From positions 1 through 37,321 of the forward strand of contig JBDHKN010000046.1 in NCBI GenBank assembly GCA_039586365.1: a DNA stretch of 37,321 nt, read 5' to 3'. Made by a program: the position numbers and the translations under genes. Under the pieces are notes generated by a model. The model did no database searches and was not told the DNA's origin. It worked only from the letters and a program-made list of their open reading frames with translations. Position 1 is the stretch's first letter, and each line of letters opens with the position of its first letter. Below are positions 8,582 through 15,286 of this stretch, one piece after another. The stretch is from Gemmatimonadota bacterium (lineage in GTDB: Bacteria > Gemmatimonadota > Gemmatimonadetes > Gemmatimonadales > GWC2-71-9).

Positions 8582-8618
8582 CCCCACCCGGCCTCCGGGC
8601 CGGAAAGGAGACGAATGA

Positions 8619-8786
8619 ATGCCCCGCCCTACAGTTGACGAATCGAAGAAACGCGGCGAAACCGTCCAGGTCTGCCTCTCGAAACCCGAACGCGAGGCGC
8701 TGGACGCGGCGAAAGGCAAGCAGTCGCGCTCGGATTGGATACGCGAAAAGCTGCTCCAATTCCTGCGGCCGCTGGTGAAACGATGA
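8619..8786 (+). CDS. Ribbon-helix-helix (CopG/Arc-like) DNA-binding protein, not in ORF track
   Basis: AAGGAG RBS; MPRPTVDESKKRGETVQVCLSKPEREALDAAKGKQSRSDWIREKLLQFLRPLVKR*; ATGA overlap with integrase. Confidence 0.75.
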   Translation: MPRPTVDESKKRGETVQVCLSKPEREALDAAKGKQSRSDWIREKLLQFLRPLVKR

Positions 8787-9844
8787 GCCGCGTGCCCCAG
8801 ATCCGCCTTGTCCGCCGCAAAGGCCGAACGCCTTGGTACACGCTGGAGGTGCGCGGCAAGCGGCATCATCTTGGGACAGACGCGCAAGCCGCTCACCGGG
8901 AAGCGGCGCGGCTGCTTCAGGGCATCGACACGCCGCGGCCGGAAACGGCCCACGGACTCATCGTGGCATGGCTCCAGGAGCATCCGGCTGACCGTCCGTG
9001 GTTGCAGCCCTGGTGGGACTTCGTGGAGGACGTTCTGCTCGAGGAATTCCCGGTCGATAGTCTCGAGCGGTTCGCCCGCCACCTGAAACGCCGCGGTCTG
9101 GCGCCGGCCACTATCCGGAAATACGTCCGCTACGCCACCCGTGTCTGTCACTGGGCGGTCGAGCAGGGGTATCTTACCCAGATACCCAAGCGGCCGAAAC
9201 TTGCCAAGCCGCTGGAGTATCCCCGGGATGTGGATCCGCGGATCCTCCAAGCCGCGTTTGACGATTTGCCGACGGGTGCCTGGCGGATCCTTTCGTTTAT
9301 GATCGCAACCGGCTGTCGACCCTCTGAGGCCTGCCGGATCCGCTGGGACCAGATCAATCTCCAACGAGCGGTCTGCATCCTCCCCGCGCATAAGACCGGC
9401 AGCGCAACCGGGAAACCCCGGACGATTTACCTTACGCCAGCCGCTTTGCGAATCCTCAAGGAACAGCCCCGGGACCGCGCCCACGTCTTCGTGAACCGAC
9501 GCGGCAAACCGTACAAGCCGTCCGGACTTCGCAGCATCCTCCGCCGTCGCGGTATCAACAGCGTCTACGCCCTCCGTCACACCGCAGCCCAGTCGTGGCT
9601 TGACCAGGGCGTGCCGCTCGAGGATGTCGCTAGGCTGCTTGGGCATCGGGATCTCCGCACGGTTCAGGTTTACGCCCAGGTCCGCGACGCTCGGGCGCGC
9701 CAGGTCGCTTCAGCCCTAGTCTCACCTCTTCAGACGCAACCCACTGCCGATGACGCTGGGACTGCCGGTTCGGCGCCGCGCCGGAAAGACCGACGTAGGC
9801 GAGCACCGAGTCGGCGAAAACGCGCCACCGGGACTGGCGGGTAG
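8783..9844 (+). CDS. int: Tyrosine integrase
   Basis: TGCRPSE (R), HKT (K), YALRHT (H/YxxR), LLGH (H), VYA (Y); N-terminal arm-binding and SAM-like regions. Confidence 0.95.
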   Translation: MSRVPQIRLVRRKGRTPWYTLEVRGKRHHLGTDAQAAHREAARLLQGIDTPRPETAHGLIVAWLQEHPADRPWLQPWWDFVEDVLLEEFPVDSLERFARHLKRRGLAPATIRKYVRYATRVCHWAVEQGYLTQIPKRPKLAKPLEYPRDVDPRILQAAFDDLPTGAWRILSFMIATGCRPSEACRIRWDQINLQRAVCILPAHKTGSATGKPRTIYLTPAALRILKEQPRDRAHVFVNRRGKPYKPSGLRSILRRRGINSVYALRHTAAQSWLDQGVPLEDVARLLGHRDLRTVQVYAQVRDARARQVASALVSPLQTQPTADDAGTAGSAPRRKDRRRRAPSRRKRATGTGG

Positions 9845-9971
9845 GCCCCGCGCGCCCCGGTGGCACCAGCTTCACGCCACGTAACTGGCCGGTTTCGAGT
9901 AGCCGCCGGACATAGCCCGGAGACACGTCAAGCTCGTCAGCAACCGTGCTGGTTTTGAGATAACGGGTCAT
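9630..9971 (-). CDS. Excisionase-like HTH (HTH_17/MerR-type)
   Basis: YLKTSTVADELDVSPGYVRRLLETGQLRGVK..WRVFADSVLAY. Confidence 0.85.
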   Translation of the reverse strand: MTRYLKTSTVADELDVSPGYVRRLLETGQLRGVKLVPPGRAGPTRQSRWRVFADSVLAYVGLSGAAPNRQSQRHRQWVASEEVRLGLKRPGAPERRGPGRKPEPCGDPDAQAA

Positions 9972-10168
9972 GGTGCGCTTTCTACTGCCTGCGGGAGAAT
10001 GTTCGCGGTAGCCAATTCTGGATTGGCCCGCGCCCAAGCAGCAGCAACCTTGAAGGCCCAAATGCCGATCCGGCTAGTATCGGCGCCTTTCAATTCGTCG
10101 GGTAGTAACTCGTCCGTAAGTAGTGCCGTAACAGATTCGGGCACTCGAAGGTTCTTGATCGCCGACAT
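9968..10168 (-). CDS. Small regulator, first gene of leftward early operon (Cro-position)
   Basis: GGGAGG RBS; KNLRVPESV RHH-like start; divergent from repressor. Confidence 0.65.
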   Translation of the reverse strand: MSAIKNLRVPESVTALLTDELLPDELKGADTSRIGIWAFKVAAAWARANPELATANILPQAVESAP

Positions 10169-10204
10169 AGGAGCTCGTCCTCCCTGACTACGGGTTATAC
10201 CGTC

Positions 10205-10233
10205 ATTATACCCGAAAAACCGTCGCCGTGCAA
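10205..10233 (-). promoter_or_regulatory. Leftward early (lytic) sigma70 promoter with overlapping operator-like repeats
   Basis: TTGCAC-N17-TATAAT; ACCGTC repeated at 10199 and 10219; CGGGTTATA..TTATACCCG imperfect inverted repeat 10191-10214. Confidence 0.75.
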
Positions 10234-10299
10234 ACAAAAGCCGGACAATTTCTAGACTAAGTGCGGATGTAGTGCTAAGCTTATAGATGGTAGTGGCTT

Positions 10300-10686
10300 A
10301 TGAGCAAAAAAAAGCCACTGCGGAGAGGGTCACGTCGGATGAACTGGGCCGAGAAGGTGGAGGCGCTTACGCCTGCTGCCAGCTATACGAATATCGAGAA
10401 ACTGGCCGGGTGGAAGCGGAAAACGCTTGCTGGCGCGATGGCCAAGGGTGCGCGGCCGCGTGTTGACAAAGCAATCGCTCTGGCCCGGGCACTGACCGAA
10501 ATCAGCGGCCGGCCGATCACGGCCGAGGTGCTGTTCGACGATACTATACCACTGCCGCCCATCGGATACGGGACGGTCCCCGAGGATTTTTCGCTGGAGG
10601 ATTGGGCGGCGCTGCGGCGTTTCGTTCGTACATTTCGCGAGCCGCCGCCTCAGCCTCGCGGATCTGCCGGGCGAGGTCGACGTTAG
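10300..10686 (+). CDS. Putative phage repressor (Xre/CI-like HTH)
   Basis: SYTNIEKLAGWKRKTL..PRVDKAIALARAL..TAEVLF; divergent switch position. Confidence 0.7.
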   Translation: MSKKKPLRRGSRRMNWAEKVEALTPAASYTNIEKLAGWKRKTLAGAMAKGARPRVDKAIALARALTEISGRPITAEVLFDDTIPLPPIGYGTVPEDFSLEDWAALRRFVRTFREPPPQPRGSAGRGRR

Positions 10687-10750
10687 GCTTGAACGGACGA
10701 CCATTAACGAACGCAAACACTGGATCGTTTGGCGATGGTTTGGTAGGCAT
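10544..10750 (-). CDS. Possible small protein antisense to repressor 3' end
   Basis: AAGGGG RBS before ATG 10750; no family recognised. Confidence 0.35.
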   Translation of the reverse strand: MPTKPSPNDPVFAFVNGRPFKPNVDLARQIREAEAAAREMYERNAAAPPNPPAKNPRGPSRIRWAAVV

Positions 10751-10909
10751 GATTCCCCTTAATGTGATGAGAATTCACGGATCCTGGTGCGAAAACGTGA
10801 AGCAGTCCCCGCTGACCGCGCCTACCCAGTATAGAGGAAATTCCCACGCCGTGTACGCAAATTACGAAAATTGTGGTGTCGCATTTGCGGACAAGCGGGG
10901 CAAGACGTG

Positions 10910-11263
10910 ATGATGGTCATCGCCATACTGTTACTGACCGCCGGCGGCGCCGTGACGTTCGGCGGCTGCGTGTGGCTGTCTGAAGCATCAGGCATGGACA
11001 ACCGCCCTGGCCCGACCCTAGTTGGCGGGGTCGTCATGTTCGTTGGTGGGCTGCTCTTGCTCGGGCTAAATGAGATCCGGGAGCGTATCGACACGCTGGC
11101 GGCGCAGCTTGCGACCAAAAAAACGACACCTGCCAGCGTGAAACGAGAACCGATCATCTGCCCAGAATGTCACGCCCACACATTCGACGATGTCAAGACG
11201 TGCCCGAAGTGCGGATGGGTTCTGGCCCCAAGCCTCGACGGAGCACTAACGGATTTCGAATAG
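10910..11263 (+). CDS. Membrane protein with C-terminal Zn ribbon
   Basis: Two hydrophobic segments then CPEC...CPKC. Confidence 0.7.
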   Translation: MMVIAILLLTAGGAVTFGGCVWLSEASGMDNRPGPTLVGGVVMFVGGLLLLGLNEIRERIDTLAAQLATKKTTPASVKREPIICPECHAHTFDDVKTCPKCGWVLAPSLDGALTDFE

Positions 11264-11500
11264 CTAACCGTCCGACCTCATCAGGTGCTCCTCAATCCGA
11301 CCGAGCCGCCTATCTATATTCTTTAGGCGATTCACGACGTCATTAAGGGCCTGATCGTGCTTTGCCAATATTGTAGCGTGTTGCTGTTGCGTATCTTCTG
11401 GGCTTCGACCGTTCCGACGCTTCACAAAGCCGAACACTTCACGTATTAGTAAGTAGGCTAAGATGCCGGGAACACCGACGGTAGTTAACGGGTCTGTCAT
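11264..11500 (-). CDS. Holin-like membrane protein
   Basis: One N-terminal TM helix, basic patch, coiled coil; last gene of late operon. Confidence 0.55.
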   Translation of the reverse strand: MTDPLTTVGVPGILAYLLIREVFGFVKRRNGRSPEDTQQQHATILAKHDQALNDVVNRLKNIDRRLGRIEEHLMRSDG

Positions 11501-12081
11501 GGTTGCGACTCCGATGGCAACACCTTGGGTGCGTTCTGGTATCGCCTGCCTAGTTCGTGGCACACTTCTTGACGCATCTCCCGCGGTAGATTCAACATAA
11601 AATCGACGGTCCGCGGACTGAGTATCCGGTGCGTTTCAAGGTCGACGGTCGCTAATAGTACAGCTTTGGCCCGCCAGCGCTGGGCCTCCAGTACAGCGTG
11701 GTCGACCTTGCCAAGCTGCCGTTTCAGCATCTCCGCATGTCCGAGGAATTCCTCGAACTCGCGGCGGACATCTTCGCGCGTATCTATCAGGCCCGCGTAG
11801 CGGCGTGCCGCTCGCTTGGCACGAATGCGCCACGGCACCCATAGCCAACCGAGCACGCGGTCAAACCTACGCCAGCAACGCCGGCCGTGTCTTGCGAGGT
11901 CCAAATCCAGCTCGATCTCCACGAGCATATCTTGCCGTTTCTTCAGTTCGCGCAACGCTTGCTGGTACATGCCCCAGGCGGTCGGGCCTTCTGCGCCGAC
12001 GATAAAGTGCGCTATCTGAAAACTGCTATGGCCCTCTTCGTAGTCCCGCAGCAGCTCCGTGACTTGCTCGTCTACTGTCAT
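11497..12081 (-). CDS. Hypothetical protein (possible appendage chaperone)
   Basis: GGAG RBS; HSSFQIAHFIVG..TAWGMYQQALREL; coupled to Kelch gene. Confidence 0.7.
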   Translation of the reverse strand: MTVDEQVTELLRDYEEGHSSFQIAHFIVGAEGPTAWGMYQQALRELKKRQDMLVEIELDLDLARHGRRCWRRFDRVLGWLWVPWRIRAKRAARRYAGLIDTREDVRREFEEFLGHAEMLKRQLGKVDHAVLEAQRWRAKAVLLATVDLETHRILSPRTVDFMLNLPREMRQEVCHELGRRYQNAPKVLPSESQP

Positions 12082-13175
12082 ATCGCAGCTACTCCGTGGG
12101 CATACCGCCCCGCGCCTGGCATATATAATCCCGTACTCCATGAATCTGTATCGGGGTCGTATACGTCCGTGTCCGTCAGGGGATCGCCGCCGCCAGTGTC
12201 ATTGTTTGCACCCGCAATGCCGCCGCACACATACGCCTTGCCGCCGAACGCGGCGCCACCGTGGTCCGATCGGGCAGGCACGGGGATGTTGGCCTTATTA
12301 CTCCACGAATTGCCTGCGGGATCGTAGCGCTTTGTTGCCCACTGATCCTGATTGCCACTCCGAGCACCGCTGAACACGTAGCCATAGTCATCGATAGCGC
12401 ACGCCGCCGCGCTCTCCCGATAACCTGTTGTGTCGCCGCCGATACTCATAGACGTAACCTCAGACCACGTATTGTGCGACGGGTCGAACTTGTACACTGT
12501 GCGCTGTATGATGTTCAAGCGGTCGCCGCCACACGAATAGACCTTGCCAGCAAGTCCGAAGGCCGTATGCCGGGCCACGTCGTCCGGTAGTGACATGCGC
12601 CCGATCCAACCGTCGGAACTGTAAGTGTAGCGTCGATGCGTGCGCGTGTGACTGATGCCCGTGTCAGCCCCGCCGAATACATAAGTGTAATCTGTGTTTT
12701 CAATGCCAACCGCTACCCAATCCCAGCGGTTGGTAGCCACGCCGGCAGCGTGGACGGGCAAACGTTCGGACCATGTTTCGTTAAAAAACCGATCATTCCA
12801 GTTGGTCGCGGGAGTCGCGCCGCCTTTGGTGCCGCCGAGCGATAAGGCCATATTGCCCGCCGTAGCATCCGTCGAAGCTGTCGCCGCCGCCATCCCCGAG
12901 AGCGGTGGTCCCATCATATCCATTTGTGCGGACCATGCTTGCGTCGGCGGATGGTAAAGCAACGTACTCAGAGTGCGAGAGCCGAGCCGCAGACTTATAC
13001 CCCCAAACGCGAGCACACCCGTCTGTGCTCGCACGCCGCTATCGTCACCCTCTCCGCCACCACCGATCGCATAACGTGCAGGACGTAGCTCTAGCAGTTG
13101 GCGCACTTCGGCAAGCTCGCGAGCCAGATCCCGCATATCGCGCTGAAGCTGGTGTATCTGTTGGTCCAAAGCCAT
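12078..13175 (-). CDS. Kelch-repeat beta-propeller virion protein
   Basis: About six blades with Y-x-x-GG...YDP...W spacing; N-terminal coiled coil and GGGG linker; TAATG coupling. Confidence 0.85.
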   Translation of the reverse strand: MALDQQIHQLQRDMRDLARELAEVRQLLELRPARYAIGGGGEGDDSGVRAQTGVLAFGGISLRLGSRTLSTLLYHPPTQAWSAQMDMMGPPLSGMAAATASTDATAGNMALSLGGTKGGATPATNWNDRFFNETWSERLPVHAAGVATNRWDWVAVGIENTDYTYVFGGADTGISHTRTHRRYTYSSDGWIGRMSLPDDVARHTAFGLAGKVYSCGGDRLNIIQRTVYKFDPSHNTWSEVTSMSIGGDTTGYRESAAACAIDDYGYVFSGARSGNQDQWATKRYDPAGNSWSNKANIPVPARSDHGGAAFGGKAYVCGGIAGANNDTGGGDPLTDTDVYDPDTDSWSTGLYMPGAGRYAHGVAAI

Positions 13176-15286
13176 TAGCCTGCACTCTTCGCAAAGTCCA
13201 GCTCGACGAACCCGGTCTTTATCGCCGTGCTGTTGTTCTCGTAGTCCATGACACGCTGAGTCACTACGCTCTCGATATCGTGGCGAACCTGATCTTGCCA
13301 CGCAGCGATGATGTAAGTACCGAGCGGGTGGTCAAGGCGTAGACCGCGATAACGCACGTTGACCGCCCTCCGGTGTTTCGCATACACGGCTTTGGCCAGT
13401 GCCGCAATGTGGCGTAGGCGGGCCGTGTCGTCGCGGAGCACGCGGTCACCGCGATAGGCGGAAAGACTGCCATCGGATGCCACCCCCGTAACAGTACCTT
13501 GTGCAATGATCCATACTTCGACATCCGGCACGGTGATCGTCAAGGTGCGATCGCGGCCAACACCCGGCGCATCAAGCAGCACGTCTACCGCCGGGCGAGT
13601 GTCAGTCTCCAGACACACCGTAGCTACCATCTGATCGTAATCCAGCTTAGCCGTGATCGCACTATCCGCCGTAAAGTGATTCTTTGCGGCGTAGTGGTTG
13701 GGGTTGTACCGAATATCTAGTGCAAGACCTTGATCTATAAGGCTAAACTGGCACGGCTTGTGGTCGGGAGCTGGCCGATTGCCCATCATCCACTTGTACT
13801 GATCGTCGCCGCTCTCCAAGATGCGCATGAGGACAAATGGTGCCATATACACAGGCTCGTCATCTGCGCCGCCGCCGGGGACTACGAACGGAAGTTGTCG
13901 TCGCCATGAATGGCCGGTGTTCATGTATTCGGCGAAAGACGCAAAATCGATTACCGCGTTATCACTAAACGACGGATTGAGCGCCTGAAAGTAGACCGTC
14001 CGCCAATTGAATGAGGCTGGTAGCCGGAATCGTTGCCAGACGCGCTCAAAGTCTGGGCTGGTCCGAGCAACATCATCGGCCGCGATATACGCGGTTTGAG
14101 TCGCCGCAAGCCAGTCAGGTTCGATAAGGACGCGATCGCTGGTTATATCCAGTACGCTAGTGGCTACCGAAAAACAGCTCAGCACCCGTGCGCCTTGCAC
14201 GCGGAGCCGGTCATACGTCGCCATCGCGTCGACGGTGACTAGGCTGTGCTGCACTTCGAGCCCACGATCTAATGATAGATATTCACGCATAGGGTTCGGC
14301 GGTAGTGTCACGTCGCCGACACTGATAGCCGCATCGGCCATTGACACCAATTCGAATTCGACAACACCGCTAGGAAAGCCCGCTTCACCGCCGCCGCTCC
14401 CGGGCAACGTCGACCACCTCACCTGTGCGCCGAGTCCACGGGACCGGTCGACAAGCGATGCCAACACGCTTGACACGTTCCGGCCTTCATGTGGAACGCG
14501 CGTCTGCATTGCATCGAAGAATCGGATGATCTCGGGGTCCTCGGTTTCGGCTACCGGCGCCAAGTAGAAATCCGGCTCCGTGATGCTGGGGCCGTCCGGA
14601 TTGGAGTAGTGCAGCAGGTATTCGACGATGTCCCGGTGTGACCATACCGACGAACCGCCAAAGCCATACGCGACCTCGGTCCCGCTCTCTTGGATCTTCT
14701 CTGCCGAGCGGTTGCCTAGCTCTTGAAGTCCTGACACATAGCGCTGATTGAATGTCGGCGACCACCCGATCCACTTGGCGCTCGCGTCGTCCTTGCGTAC
14801 CCACGCGCCCGGCACTTGCCGACGCTCGAGCAGGTATTCCAGCCCGTAGGCCGTCATCGGCTGATCGCCGGCCGGATGGGTCGTGCCTGACAGGTCAACA
14901 GTCGTTCCGAACACCTGAAGCTGTTCGGCGGGGATGACGCCCACCCACGAGATGAACGGGCGCCCTTGCTCGGGAATCACGCGGATGCACACATATAAGT
15001 CCAAGCCCTCGGCCGGGAGCCAGTGCGCCATATCTATCCGGTCCTCCCGCTTTACATCGCCGTAATGGTAGATGAATTCGGCAGACGAACGCTCGGGGAA
15101 CGCGGCTTCGACAGAACGTAGCGGCTGCAAGTAGGGAACGTGTCGCCAGGGGCCGTTCCAGCCATCGCGGACGTAAGCGTGAGCCCACGCCTTGCCGAAG
15201 ACGATGCCCGCACCGCTAGGTCCCCACGGCGACGGGTCCGGCCGGGGTGCTGTGGGTGGTGGCCCTAGCATCGCTCGTGCCATCAC
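13175..15286 (-). CDS. Tail tip/baseplate hub-like protein
   Basis: 703 aa, beta-rich, late-operon position; C-terminal 'SVVTQRVMDY...TAIKT' hub-like strands. Confidence 0.6.
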   Translation of the reverse strand: MMARAMLGPPPTAPRPDPSPWGPSGAGIVFGKAWAHAYVRDGWNGPWRHVPYLQPLRSVEAAFPERSSAEFIYHYGDVKREDRIDMAHWLPAEGLDLYVCIRVIPEQGRPFISWVGVIPAEQLQVFGTTVDLSGTTHPAGDQPMTAYGLEYLLERRQVPGAWVRKDDASAKWIGWSPTFNQRYVSGLQELGNRSAEKIQESGTEVAYGFGGSSVWSHRDIVEYLLHYSNPDGPSITEPDFYLAPVAETEDPEIIRFFDAMQTRVPHEGRNVSSVLASLVDRSRGLGAQVRWSTLPGSGGGEAGFPSGVVEFELVSMADAAISVGDVTLPPNPMREYLSLDRGLEVQHSLVTVDAMATYDRLRVQGARVLSCFSVATSVLDITSDRVLIEPDWLAATQTAYIAADDVARTSPDFERVWQRFRLPASFNWRTVYFQALNPSFSDNAVIDFASFAEYMNTGHSWRRQLPFVVPGGGADDEPVYMAPFVLMRILESGDDQYKWMMGNRPAPDHKPCQFSLIDQGLALDIRYNPNHYAAKNHFTADSAITAKLDYDQMVATVCLETDTRPAVDVLLDAPGVGRDRTLTITVPDVEVWIIAQGTVTGVASDGSLSAYRGDRVLRDDTARLRHIAALAKAVYAKHRRAVNVRYRGLRLDHPLGTYIIAAWQDQVRHDIESVVTQRVMDYENNSTAIKTGFVELDFAKSAG

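Noticed and set aside
7331..9646. 771-aa minus-strand ORF
   Set aside because: Codon-register shadow of three plus-strand genes including int in GC-rich DNA; crosses attP and a promoter; no protein motif
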